Below are positions 9,432 to 19,837 of a stretch of 37,393 bases of DNA, one piece after another (the stretch's first letter is position 1; each line of letters starts with the position of its first letter). The DNA is taken from positions 1 through 37,393 of the forward strand of contig CAZUHM010000003.1 of NCBI GenBank assembly GCA_964620575.1, in the 5' to 3' direction. The translations under genes and the position numbers were made by a program. This DNA is from an uncultured Methanobacteriaceae archaeon. Lineage in GTDB: Archaea; Methanobacteriota; Methanobacteria; Methanobacteriales; Methanobacteriaceae. The notes under the pieces were generated by a model, which had not been told where the DNA came from, searched no databases, and saw only the letters and a program-made list of their open reading frames with translations.

Positions 9432-10661
9432 ATGAGAATACTCGTGGTGCAAGAGTCAGACTGGATAAAAAGGAATCCTCATCAGCAACATCATTTAATG
9501 GAATTATTAGGTCTAAGAGGTCATAAAATCAGAGTTATTGATTATGAAGTAGACTGGAAAAGCCAGGAAGTTGATGAAGAAAACAAGTACAAATCTCCTA
9601 GAAAAGTATTCGAAAAATATAAGAAAGTTTACAATACAGACAATGTCACAGTTATCAGACCCCCACTAATCAGAATACCAGTGATGAATTACTTTTCAAT
9701 TCTTTATTATCACAGACAGGAAATTAAAAGACAAATAAAAGAATTTAAACCGGACATCATCGTTGGATTCGGTATTTTAAATGCCAACATTGCATCAAAG
9801 CTTGCTAAAAAGGCCAATATTCCATTCGTTTATTACTTCATAGATGTTTTACACCAGTTAATACCTGAAAAATCGTTCAGAGGTTTAGGTAAACGAATTA
9901 CTACCAGAACTATTAAGAATTCTTCACATGTACTTACCATAAACCGTAGACTTAGTGAAACAGCAATTGAATTAGGAGCTGATCCTCATAGATTATCCGT
10001 TATTGATGCAGGAATTAATTTAAAACAGTTCAACTATAAAAAACATAGCGGTTTTAAAATTAGAAGATATTATCGCTTTGAGAATAATGACATTGTCTTA
10101 TTCTTCATGGGATTCCTATATGATTTTGCAGGTCTTAAGGAATTGGCAATGGAATTGGGAAAGAACAAAAACAAGTATCCTAATATAAAATTGTTGATTA
10201 CCGGTGATGGAGACGCTTATGAAACATTGAAGGCCATTAAAAAGAAATTCAAGTTAGACAACCAGCTGATACTTACCGGAAGACAGAAGTACACTATCAT
10301 GCCTGATTTAATTGGTGCAAGTGATGTCTGTATTCTTCCTGCATACAAGCATGAGGTTATCATGCAGGATATTGTGCCTATTAAGTTGTATGAGTATATG
10401 GCTATGCAAAAACCGGTCATTGCTACACGCCTGCCTGGACTGGTAGCTGAATTTGGAGAAAAAAATGGTATAATCTATGTTAACTCCGCAGAAGAAGTTC
10501 CGGAAGTTGTACAGGAGAAATTTAAAAACAAGAAAGAGATTGAAGAAGTTGGTTTGGCTGGTTATAACTTCGTTAAGGATAATGACTGGGCCAGTTTAGC
10601 CATTAAATTTGAAAGTCTCCTTGAAAATTTAGTATTGGACATTTTGTTAAAAGACATTTAA
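9432..10661 (+). CDS. GT4 glycosyltransferase
   Basis: GT-B fold features, DIVPIKLYEYMAMQKPVI; start placed at ATG 9432 downstream of a GGTGA RBS (ORF track starts at 9420). Confidence 0.87.
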   Translation: MRILVVQESDWIKRNPHQQHHLMELLGLRGHKIRVIDYEVDWKSQEVDEENKYKSPRKVFEKYKKVYNTDNVTVIRPPLIRIPVMNYFSILYYHRQEIKRQIKEFKPDIIVGFGILNANIASKLAKKANIPFVYYFIDVLHQLIPEKSFRGLGKRITTRTIKNSSHVLTINRRLSETAIELGADPHRLSVIDAGINLKQFNYKKHSGFKIRRYYRFENNDIVLFFMGFLYDFAGLKELAMELGKNKNKYPNIKLLITGDGDAYETLKAIKKKFKLDNQLILTGRQKYTIMPDLIGASDVCILPAYKHEVIMQDIVPIKLYEYMAMQKPVIATRLPGLVAEFGEKNGIIYVNSAEEVPEVVQEKFKNKKEIEEVGLAGYNFVKDNDWASLAIKFESLLENLVLDILLKDI

Positions 10662-10699
10662 CCTCTTTTCCCTTATTTTCTTATTTTGAGTTGATTTGA

Positions 10700-11839
10700 A
10701 TGAATATTTTACAGGTTATCCCCTATTTTGCATTTACTCGTGGCGGTGATGTGAATGTATGTTACAACATTACCCGGCAGTTTACCCGTATGGGCCATAA
10801 CGTCACTATTTTAACCACTACCTTTGATTACAATAAGGAGGATACTGATGATATAGATAACCTGACTATGGTTCCCATCGAGTACAAGTTCAATCTTGCA
10901 CTGTTTATCTATTCGCCTAAAATGAATGAATGGTTAAGGAAAAACATTAGAAATTATGACATTATTCATTTACATGAACTTAGATCTTATCAGAATAATA
11001 TCATCATTAGATATGCCAAAAAATATAATATCCCATACATATTGCAGCCTCACGCATCCACGCCGAAACATGTTAACAAGTCAGTCATCAAAAATGTTTA
11101 TGATGCCATGTATGGAAACAGAATTATGCAAAATGCCACAACCACCATTGCAGTATCAGAGGAAGAAGCATATTATGACAGGCAAATGAAGGCAAGAGAC
11201 GTTCAGGTAATATATAATGGAATGAATCTTGAAGATTATGAAAACATGCCGGAAAAGGGAAGTTTTAAAAGTAAATCAGGAATAAATTCCCCATACATAT
11301 TATACCTGGGAAGACTTGACAAGTTAAAGGGAATAAACCACGTGATTGAAGCATTCAGCCTACTGGATGATACATATGATGAATACAAGCTCGTGATTGC
11401 CGGCAAGATTACCGATTATAAGAATGAACTGGATGAAATCATAAGACGAGAAAATCTGGAAGACAAGGTCGTATTCACAGGCTTTGTTGAAGAAGAGGAT
11501 AAAATCAGCATCTACCAGGACGCAGAACTCTTTGTCAATCCAGTCAAATATATGGGTGGTGTTTCAATAACAGTATTTGAATCAATACTGTCAGGTACTC
11601 CTGTTATTGTCACACCGGAATCAGGTGAACTGGTATCTAAGATTGATGCAGGAACAGTAATTGAATATGGTGATGTCAACGCACTCAAAGATGAAATCGT
11701 CAGATCATTAAGCGATAAGGAACTTACCGATAAACAGCTGTCAAATGGCCAGAAATATATCAGGGAAAACCTGGACTGGGAGGCCGTTTCCAGGAAAATA
11801 TTAAAAGTCTACACAGATGCTGTTGAAGAGGTGAAATGA
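10700..11839 (+). CDS. GT4 glycosyltransferase
   Basis: MNILQV, GHNVTILTT, YLGRLDKLKG and ESILSGTPVI. Confidence 0.88.
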   Translation: MNILQVIPYFAFTRGGDVNVCYNITRQFTRMGHNVTILTTTFDYNKEDTDDIDNLTMVPIEYKFNLALFIYSPKMNEWLRKNIRNYDIIHLHELRSYQNNIIIRYAKKYNIPYILQPHASTPKHVNKSVIKNVYDAMYGNRIMQNATTTIAVSEEEAYYDRQMKARDVQVIYNGMNLEDYENMPEKGSFKSKSGINSPYILYLGRLDKLKGINHVIEAFSLLDDTYDEYKLVIAGKITDYKNELDEIIRRENLEDKVVFTGFVEEEDKISIYQDAELFVNPVKYMGGVSITVFESILSGTPVIVTPESGELVSKIDAGTVIEYGDVNALKDEIVRSLSDKELTDKQLSNGQKYIRENLDWEAVSRKILKVYTDAVEEVK

Positions 11840-13014
11840 TGACCAGAATACTTTTAATCTGTCATGACATACCTTCCATGACTGTCGGTGCAACATTACC
11901 CATTTATCACCTGATAAAAAAGCTGGGCAGAAAATATGAGATAACCCTCATTTCATTTGATTCAAAGAAGTATCCTATTGATGAAATAGAGGATTACCTG
12001 GCTGACCACCTGTCACTGGATATTCCAGAATACTTGGACATTTCCAGCCAACTGAAGTATACTGTTAAAAACATGTTATCCATTGACAATATACGTACCA
12101 GAAGCATTCTCAACTACTATTATCATCCACAGATGAAAAGGCTGATAGACAAACACTATGATGATGCAGACGTTATCATTACAGACATGCCAATGGCATT
12201 TTACGTTAAGAATTCCAGTCTTCCAAAGATTGTTTACGCTTTTGATGCCGTCAGTGACTACAATCACAGAATGTATCTTAAATCAGAAAGCATAACATCA
12301 AAGATGTACTGGTATATGAATTATATTAAAATTCACAACTATGAAAAGGTCTATAACAACTTCGATTCCTGTATTCTTGTCAACAGGAAGGATAAGGACA
12401 TACTGGAAAAGGACATTCACATTCCATTGTCAGTCATACCAAATGGTGTGGATACTGAATTCTTTAAGAATGAAAGCGTTGATGACGAGGTTAAACTGGT
12501 ATTTCTTGGTGATATGAGCACTCCCCCAAATAATGATGCAGTTAAGCATTTTGTTGACAACATCTATAATCTTGTTCTTGATAAGAGGAATGTTGATTTT
12601 TATATTGTCGGACGTAACCCCTCAGCCTATGTTAAAAGCTTAGAGGCTCATCCGCACATCACTGTTACAGGTGCTGTTGATGATGTCAGATCATATCTGG
12701 GCAGGGGGACAATATTCATCACCCCTATGATTTCAGGTACGGGCATAAAAAACAAGATTCTTGAGGCTATGAGCATGAACCTGGCTGTTGTATCCACAAG
12801 TACTGGTATTAGTGGTATAAGTGCAGAGGATAATGTTGAATTCCTATTGGCCGACAGTGATGAAGAATTTGCCGATAGAATCATATCACTGGTTGATGAT
12901 GAAAGTTTAAGGGAGAATATTGGAAATAATGCAAGAGTTTTCGTTGAAAATAATTATTCCTGGAGTAATTCAATGGAAAAACTAGATGATATTATCAATA
13001 GAATAATTACATGA
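11836..13014 (+). CDS. GT4 glycosyltransferase
   Basis: VIPNGVD, FLGDM...PN.DA, IVGRNP and GTGIKNKILEAM; ATGA overlap with the previous stop. Confidence 0.88.
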   Translation: MMTRILLICHDIPSMTVGATLPIYHLIKKLGRKYEITLISFDSKKYPIDEIEDYLADHLSLDIPEYLDISSQLKYTVKNMLSIDNIRTRSILNYYYHPQMKRLIDKHYDDADVIITDMPMAFYVKNSSLPKIVYAFDAVSDYNHRMYLKSESITSKMYWYMNYIKIHNYEKVYNNFDSCILVNRKDKDILEKDIHIPLSVIPNGVDTEFFKNESVDDEVKLVFLGDMSTPPNNDAVKHFVDNIYNLVLDKRNVDFYIVGRNPSAYVKSLEAHPHITVTGAVDDVRSYLGRGTIFITPMISGTGIKNKILEAMSMNLAVVSTSTGISGISAEDNVEFLLADSDEEFADRIISLVDDESLRENIGNNARVFVENNYSWSNSMEKLDDIINRIIT

Positions 13015-13095
13015 AATATTTAACTTAAAAGGAACAAAAATTATAATAGTATAAAATTTTTAATAATTAATAATAAGAGTTTAAGGTTGTTGAAG

Positions 13096-13782
13096 ATGAA
13101 AGTTTCATTTGTTATTCCAGCATTGAATGAAGAGGGAATTGTGGGAAAAACCATTAAAAGCATTCCTGTAAAGGAGATTGAAGAGGCAGGATATGAAGTG
13201 GAAATCATAGTAGTTAACAACAATTCTACAGACAACACAGAACAGGAAGCACGTGATGCTGGTGCAACAGTATTTTTGGAAATGAATCGTGGATATGGAA
13301 ATGCATATCAGCGCGGATTTAAGGAAGCTACCGGTGACATTTATGTTATGGGTGATGCTGACGGCACCTACCCATTGGAACAGTCCATGGATTTCATTAA
13401 CTACATAGTTGAAGATGGCTGTGATTTTGTTATTGGATCAAGATTCGATGGAAGCATTGAAGAGGGTGCTATGCCTGCCCTTCACCAGTATATTGGTAAT
13501 CCTATGTTAACCAAGATGTTAAACATTCTATTCCGTTCACATTATTCCGACACTCACTGTGGTATGAGAGCATTCACCAAAGAAGCTTATGAAAAACTGG
13601 AACTAACCGCTCCAGGTATGGAATATGCTATAGAAATGGTTATTGAAGCATCAGAAAAGAATTTGAACATTAAGGAAGTTCCTATCACTTACAGAAAAAG
13701 AGGTGGAGGAGAAGCTAAGCTCAGTTCATTCGATGACGGATGGAGACACATTAAGTACATGCTTACCCGTAAGTTCAATTAG
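13096..13782 (+). CDS. GT2 polyprenol-phosphate glycosyltransferase (DPM1-like)
   Basis: [41 protein letters not shown] and EVPITY; no C-terminal TM. ORF track starts at TTG 13087. Confidence 0.9.
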   Translation: MKVSFVIPALNEEGIVGKTIKSIPVKEIEEAGYEVEIIVVNNNSTDNTEQEARDAGATVFLEMNRGYGNAYQRGFKEATGDIYVMGDADGTYPLEQSMDFINYIVEDGCDFVIGSRFDGSIEEGAMPALHQYIGNPMLTKMLNILFRSHYSDTHCGMRAFTKEAYEKLELTAPGMEYAIEMVIEASEKNLNIKEVPITYRKRGGGEAKLSSFDDGWRHIKYMLTRKFN

Positions 13783-13844
13783 ACACTTCAATTTTTTTAG
13801 GAAATACTTTTTTTTACTTGTAACTATTTTTTCAGGAGAGAATT

Positions 13845-14993
13845 GTGAAAATGAAAATAGCGTTTATCTATGATACTGCATTTCCATGGGTTACTGGAGG
13901 AGCAGAAAGACGAATATATGAAATTGCCACAAGACTGGTTAACAGAGGACATGACGTTCACATATTTTCATTAGGTTATTGGATGGAAACTGATGAGTAC
14001 TCTTCTCAAAAAATAATAAGACACGATGGAATTACTTATCACAGTGTCGGAAAGGCCATGGACCTGTACACAAAAAACAATACCCGTTCCATCAGGGAAG
14101 CACTATATTTTGCCCGCTGCGTTCTTACTAATGCCAAACTTAGTGACTTTGATATTGTTGACTGTCAGGGCTTTCCTTATTTTTCCTGTTATACCAGCAA
14201 ACTTAAATGCAGAAAGAATCTTGTCATCACATTACATGAAGTGTGGAATGATTACTGGTATGAATACCTGGGCAAGTTGGGAATTTTTGGAAAGATCATT
14301 GAGAAGGGAATCTTTTATCTGACCAGGAACGTTATCTGTGTTTCCCAGTTAACCTTTGAAAACATGCTCCAAAACAGGTGTCCTAGCAATTCTACCATTA
14401 TCGCCAATGGTGTTAACATCAGTGAAATAACATATATTGATCCGATAGACGATTACTGTGATGTTGTGTTTGCAGGCCGTTTGATTCCTGAAAAGCATGT
14501 TGACTTAATCATTAATGCCATTTCAAAGGTTAAGCAGGTTCATCCTACTGTAAAGTGCAAGATTATCGGTAACGGTCCTTGTGAAACATACCTTAAACAG
14601 TTAACTGAAAGTTTGGATTTGGAAAGCAATATAATCTTTGAAGGATTTTACGATAATCAAAAGAAGCTTTACAGTACCATTAAAAGTTCAAGCATTCTTG
14701 TTCTTCCGTCAAAACGTGAAGGATTTGGAATAGTTGTTATTGAAGCCAATGCCTGTGGTGTACCTGTTGTTACCCTTAATGATCCGATGAATGCTGCAAA
14801 GGATTTGATTACTCCAGATAATGGTTGGGTAATTGAAGATGACAGTGAAGAATTGGCTGACATTATCTGTAGGACTATGGAAAATGGTGTCAGCTCCCCT
14901 GAGAGGACTCTTTGCAGGAAATATGCTCAAGAGTTTGACTGGAATCATATAACTGCCCTTACCGAGAAATATTACTTGGACATTATCAAATGA
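13845..14993 (+). CDS. GT4 glycosyltransferase
   Basis: PWVTGGAERR, FAGRLIPEK and EX7E motif EGFGIVVIEANACGVPV. Confidence 0.9.
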   Translation: MKMKIAFIYDTAFPWVTGGAERRIYEIATRLVNRGHDVHIFSLGYWMETDEYSSQKIIRHDGITYHSVGKAMDLYTKNNTRSIREALYFARCVLTNAKLSDFDIVDCQGFPYFSCYTSKLKCRKNLVITLHEVWNDYWYEYLGKLGIFGKIIEKGIFYLTRNVICVSQLTFENMLQNRCPSNSTIIANGVNISEITYIDPIDDYCDVVFAGRLIPEKHVDLIINAISKVKQVHPTVKCKIIGNGPCETYLKQLTESLDLESNIIFEGFYDNQKKLYSTIKSSSILVLPSKREGFGIVVIEANACGVPVVTLNDPMNAAKDLITPDNGWVIEDDSEELADIICRTMENGVSSPERTLCRKYAQEFDWNHITALTEKYYLDIIK

Positions 14994-15113
14994 TTGTTAT
15001 CACCTTTTGATACTCTTTTTATTTTATTGCTTTGGACATGACCCCTTTCTGCAAAATGATAAATTAATTAAAAAACATAGATAGTATATAATTTAAATAT
15101 GTTAGAGGTTTTG

Positions 15114-16235
15114 ATGTTGAAAGTTATTCAGACTCCCGTGCGTTTTTATCCTTTTATTGGAGGGGTTGAAAAGTATGTGTACTATATTTCCAAGGAACTA
15201 GTCAAGTACGATGACTGTGACGTTAAGGTTATCTGTGCCAATGAACCGGATAGTGTTGATGAAGAAGTTCATGATGGCATTAGCATTAAAAGATTGAAGT
15301 ATGTTGGAAAGCTTGCCAATACAAATCTTACCCCCGCTCTTCCCAAGGCTCTTTTTAGCGAGGATTTTGACATTATTCATACCCATGTGCCTACTCCGTG
15401 GAGCAGTGACTGGAGCAATATTGTTTCAAGAATCAGGAAGAAACCTCTTGTTGTAACTTACCATAATGACATTATCGGGGAGGGACTAGCAAACACTGTT
15501 GCCAATATCTATAATTCAACAACCCTCAAACTCTTACTTGGTCGTGCTGACAGGATTATAATAACACAGGATGATTACATCAATTCACCTCATCTTACCA
15601 ATTATAAGGACAAGATTGTTACAATTCCCAATGGTGTGGACACAAACTTGTTCAAGCCTATAAAGGGCGCCAGAAAGTCCAATCAGATATTCTTCCTTAG
15701 TGTTCTTGACAGGTTCCACAAGTATAAGGGATTGGATTATCTTCTTGATGCGCTGGTTAAAGTCAAAAAGAACATTCCAGACGTTAAGTTAATTGTTGGC
15801 GGAAAGGGCGAACTGCTTGAATTTTATGAGAACAAAACCCGTGAACTAGGTTTAGAGGATAACGTCGTGTTTAAAGGCTTTTTAACTGATGAGGAAGTTA
15901 TCATGCATTATCAGGAATCTGAATTGTTTGTTCTGCCATCCATATCCTCCCTACAGGAAGGTTTTGGAATAGTTGTTCTGGAAGCTTTAGCCTGTGAAAC
16001 CCCTGTTATAAGCACTACAATTGTAGGTGTGTCAGATGACGTTATTGAAACCGACAGCGGAATCATCATACCCCCGAAGGATACTAGGAAGCTTGAAGAG
16101 GCTATTATGTCAATCCTATCCGACAAGAAAATGATTCGAGAGATGGGAAAAAGGGGAAGATTGTTGGTTCAGGAAAAATATGAATGGAAGAAGATTTCAG
16201 AATCCATACATGATTTATATGAGGAATTACTATGA
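15114..16235 (+). CDS. GT4 glycosyltransferase
   Basis: FYPFIGGVE, IPNGVD, YKGLDYL and EGFGIVVLEALACETPV; start at ATG after GAGGT (ORF track starts at 15099). Confidence 0.9.
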   Translation: MLKVIQTPVRFYPFIGGVEKYVYYISKELVKYDDCDVKVICANEPDSVDEEVHDGISIKRLKYVGKLANTNLTPALPKALFSEDFDIIHTHVPTPWSSDWSNIVSRIRKKPLVVTYHNDIIGEGLANTVANIYNSTTLKLLLGRADRIIITQDDYINSPHLTNYKDKIVTIPNGVDTNLFKPIKGARKSNQIFFLSVLDRFHKYKGLDYLLDALVKVKKNIPDVKLIVGGKGELLEFYENKTRELGLEDNVVFKGFLTDEEVIMHYQESELFVLPSISSLQEGFGIVVLEALACETPVISTTIVGVSDDVIETDSGIIIPPKDTRKLEEAIMSILSDKKMIREMGKRGRLLVQEKYEWKKISESIHDLYEELL

Positions 16236-17425
16236 AAATTTGTTTTGTAAGTAATCTTTATCCCCCTAATGTTTTGGGAGGGGCTGAAATTGTTGTTGAA
16301 AAGATGGCCTTGGCAATACAGGAGAGAGGTCATGAGTCTGTTATTATTACAACAAGTCCCGATGAGGATGAACACGTGATAAACAGGGACAATACTGTCA
16401 TTTACCAGTTGAACACTACAAAGTTATATCCTACATATAAGCAGACGGAAGGACAGGGCATTAAGAAGCCTTTCTGGCACGTGTTTGATTTATGGAACAA
16501 TGATACCCTGAATGCAATCAAGAAGATTCTTGTTGATGAATGTGTGGACGTTGTTCATGTCAACAATTTCAAAGGATTGTCGCTAGCTTCCTTCAAGGCA
16601 GGTAAGGATGTGGGCATTCCCGTCATTTATGAATCACATGACTTTTCATTGATTTGTCCAAGGGCTAATCTGATTAGGGGAAACAATACTCTCTGCCAGA
16701 ACAGAAACTTTGTCTGCAATCAGTACGTGAATGTTCAGAGAAAACTGCTTGATGATAATGTTGACCTGCTTATTTCTCCATCACAGTTCATGATTGACAA
16801 GTTCAGGGACAACGATTTCTTCAGAAACATTGACTGTGTCAAGATTCCATTGGGTGTTGAATACACGTCACATATGACTGTTAAAAGCTATGATACCATT
16901 GACATCACATACATCGGTACTCTTGGAAAGCATAAGGGTGTTGACACACTAATTACTGCTTTTAAGGACATTAATGATAGCAATATTCGTTTACATATCA
17001 TTGGTAAGGGTTATGATGAGGATGAGTTTAAGCTCATGGCAGGTGATGATGACAGAATTGTTTTCCATGGTTTTGTGGATAACAGAGAGATAATGAAATA
17101 TTATGAATTAACTAATGTACTGGTTATTCCTTCAATCTGCTATGATAATTCTCCACTGGTTGTTTATGAAAGTTTCAGTACTGGTACTCCAGTTATTGGC
17201 AGTGATATTGGTGGTATTCCAGAATTGATTGAAGAGGGTTATAACGGATACCTGTTTGAGTCTGGAAATTCGGACAGTTTGAAAGAGAAACTTGTAAAAG
17301 TAATAAATGATAAAGAATTATTAAAAACATTAGAGGTCAATGCATCCAATAGTTTACCTGAGGATTCTATGGATGTGATGATTAATAGGATTATTGAACA
17401 ATATCATAAAGTTGTCGGGCAGTGA
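16232..17425 (+). CDS. GT4 glycosyltransferase
   Basis: YPPNVLGGAE, HDFSLICP, HKGVDTL and DNSPLVVYESFSTGTPVIGSDIGG; ATGA overlap. Confidence 0.9.
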   Translation: MKICFVSNLYPPNVLGGAEIVVEKMALAIQERGHESVIITTSPDEDEHVINRDNTVIYQLNTTKLYPTYKQTEGQGIKKPFWHVFDLWNNDTLNAIKKILVDECVDVVHVNNFKGLSLASFKAGKDVGIPVIYESHDFSLICPRANLIRGNNTLCQNRNFVCNQYVNVQRKLLDDNVDLLISPSQFMIDKFRDNDFFRNIDCVKIPLGVEYTSHMTVKSYDTIDITYIGTLGKHKGVDTLITAFKDINDSNIRLHIIGKGYDEDEFKLMAGDDDRIVFHGFVDNREIMKYYELTNVLVIPSICYDNSPLVVYESFSTGTPVIGSDIGGIPELIEEGYNGYLFESGNSDSLKEKLVKVINDKELLKTLEVNASNSLPEDSMDVMINRIIEQYHKVVGQ

Positions 17426-17432
17426 ATGAAAA

Positions 17433-19832
17433 ATGGAATTTAGAAACGTTTTTACATTAAATGATTGGAAATTCAAGGAATTTGCAACTGTCATAATATT
17501 ACTTCAGGTTTTGATGTGGGTTGTCGGATTTTTTTCCTTTAACGAGATGCACATTCCAATATTTAATGACATTATAACATTATTATACATGGCATTGGTC
17601 CCAGGAATTATTATTCTCAGGATTCTCAAACTACATAAACTTGGAAATACTTTCACGACACTGCTGAGTGTGGGGTTAAGCATTTTCTCCGTGCTGGCTG
17701 TGGGTCTGTTCATGAACCAAGTATATCCTTTGATCGGTATTTCCCGTCCTCTTGAAACAATTCCATTGCTTGTCACCTTTACCATCTATAATATGATTCT
17801 CCTGGCTGTCAGCTACAAAAGAGATAAGGAGTACTTCCATTACAGCAGTTCCAAGTTAAGTTTTAAACTCTTAACTTCCAATCAGTTCATATGCTTATGC
17901 ATACTTCCATTGATTGCAATGATTGGAGCTTATACTTTACAGTATTATGGCAGAAATGAGATTCAGATTCTGTTGCTCATACTCATATGTGTTCTTGTGC
18001 TTGCAATGGCATGGGGATATTTAAAGCATGAATATTATCATATTGCCATATTCAGCATTGCACTATCCATATTATATTATAGTGTTCTCATATCCAACCA
18101 CATCTGGGGTTATGACATATTCTTCGAGTATCAGTTTGCCACGTATGTGATTAAGAATGGAATATGGGACTATACCTGGCCTCATGCCTATAATGCCATG
18201 CTTAGTGTGGTAATGTATGCACCAATCTATAATAAACTGTCGGGTATGACTCTTACATGGATTTTCAAGTTTATTTATCCGTTTCTGTTCTCACTGATAA
18301 GTATCGGATTGTACAAGATCTTTGAAAAACGTACAGGCGGAAAAATTGCTTTTCTTGCAGCATTTTTCTTCATTGCATATAACGGTTTTTCATATGGTTG
18401 GATGGTTCAGATGGCAAGACAGCAGATTGCCGAGATATTCCTGGTCCTGCTTGTCTGGCTGATGATTGACCGTAACATTCCACAGATGAAGAGGAAGATA
18501 CTTTATCTCATATTCGGTACGGGACTAATCTTTTCGCATTACAGTGTAACGTACCTGTTTATGTTCATGCTGCTTGCAACTATTGTGACTCTGTCATTGA
18601 TATCCAGTCGTTTCGGTAACATTCTCAACACCATACTCATCAAGTTTGGTGCTCAGCGCAAGTATTTCGGTGCGTATTTCAAGCCGAAAGATCAGACGAT
18701 AAGTCTGCCATTGTCGCTGTTTTTCATAGGAGTTATAGTTGTGTACTATTCTTTGACTGCTGACAGCAAACCTATTGCTTCCCTGTTTGATGCTCTTAGA
18801 ATCGTGTCCAAAAACGTTAATACTATGATTACAGGAGGAAGCATCAATCCTATGATATTGCTTGCAGGATTGGGTGTTGTCTTGATTGCCATAGTTGTCG
18901 GTTATAACATATTCAACAGGATATCTGTTGATAAAGACGTTGACGAAATCAAAGCATATCCTTTCATCTTAAATCAGGTCATGAAGATAAAGAAGATGAG
19001 TTTACGTCGTAAACAGGCAATACTTGTCATTTTAACTGTATTTGCTTTCATTTACATTTGGTGGCCGTTCAATTATATGGATATTGTAAGTATAAATGCT
19101 CAGAGAGTTATTTTATTCTCGGTTTACTTCATACTGATTGGTTTTATTATGAATATCATACAACCGAAGTACTTGCATTTTACAAGAGAATACAATGCTT
19201 TTGCCCTGTTTAACCTGGTTATCCTGGCATGTGGACTGTACATTCCTGCCTTCAGAGGACAACTTAGTTTACAGAGAATATATGAGGTTACATTTGTAGT
19301 GTTAGCTCCATTCTGTATTATCGGACTTTACTATATCAGTAACTCTGCTATTGGCCTTATTAAAACAACAGAACTTAGAAAACGTATAGGAATAACCATG
19401 AAGGTTATCGGGATATTTCTTGTGCTTTTCTTCATACTTAACACAGGACTTATAGATTATGAGTTAGGACAGCCCTCAACATTACCTATTGACAACACCA
19501 TTGATGCACCTATATTCAGTCAGGGAGAATATTCGGGTGTTGCATGGTTTAAACAGTATTATGACAATAACGAGAACAACACGTTATTCTCTGATGCTTT
19601 CAGTAACATTCTGCTTTACTGGCTTAATGATATGCATACGACGAATCCAAAAAATATGTCGGACATGGAGCCGCTAAGTTACACATTCCTCAGATCAAAC
19701 AATATCGAACATACGTCGTTCCTTTATGGTAATGGAGAATATTTACCTTTAGATGAACCTATCAGCAAGTCAAGTAAAATTTTTGATAATGGTGATTCAC
19801 AGATTTATAGAAGAATGACTCATTCATGGTGA
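17433..19832 (+). CDS. DUF2206-family polytopic membrane protein (candidate GT-C transferase or polymerase)
   Basis: 799 aa with many TM helices; PGIIILRILK, SVGLS, GYDIFFEY, YNAMLS, RQQIAEIF, SHYS and a C-terminal KIFDNG tail, as recalled for DUF2206. Confidence 0.75.
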   Translation: MEFRNVFTLNDWKFKEFATVIILLQVLMWVVGFFSFNEMHIPIFNDIITLLYMALVPGIIILRILKLHKLGNTFTTLLSVGLSIFSVLAVGLFMNQVYPLIGISRPLETIPLLVTFTIYNMILLAVSYKRDKEYFHYSSSKLSFKLLTSNQFICLCILPLIAMIGAYTLQYYGRNEIQILLLILICVLVLAMAWGYLKHEYYHIAIFSIALSILYYSVLISNHIWGYDIFFEYQFATYVIKNGIWDYTWPHAYNAMLSVVMYAPIYNKLSGMTLTWIFKFIYPFLFSLISIGLYKIFEKRTGGKIAFLAAFFFIAYNGFSYGWMVQMARQQIAEIFLVLLVWLMIDRNIPQMKRKILYLIFGTGLIFSHYSVTYLFMFMLLATIVTLSLISSRFGNILNTILIKFGAQRKYFGAYFKPKDQTISLPLSLFFIGVIVVYYSLTADSKPIASLFDALRIVSKNVNTMITGGSINPMILLAGLGVVLIAIVVGYNIFNRISVDKDVDEIKAYPFILNQVMKIKKMSLRRKQAILVILTVFAFIYIWWPFNYMDIVSINAQRVILFSVYFILIGFIMNIIQPKYLHFTREYNAFALFNLVILACGLYIPAFRGQLSLQRIYEVTFVVLAPFCIIGLYYISNSAIGLIKTTELRKRIGITMKVIGIFLVLFFILNTGLIDYELGQPSTLPIDNTIDAPIFSQGEYSGVAWFKQYYDNNENNTLFSDAFSNILLYWLNDMHTTNPKNMSDMEPLSYTFLRSNNIEHTSFLYGNGEYLPLDEPISKSSKIFDNGDSQIYRRMTHSW

Positions 19833-19837
19833 TTAAT

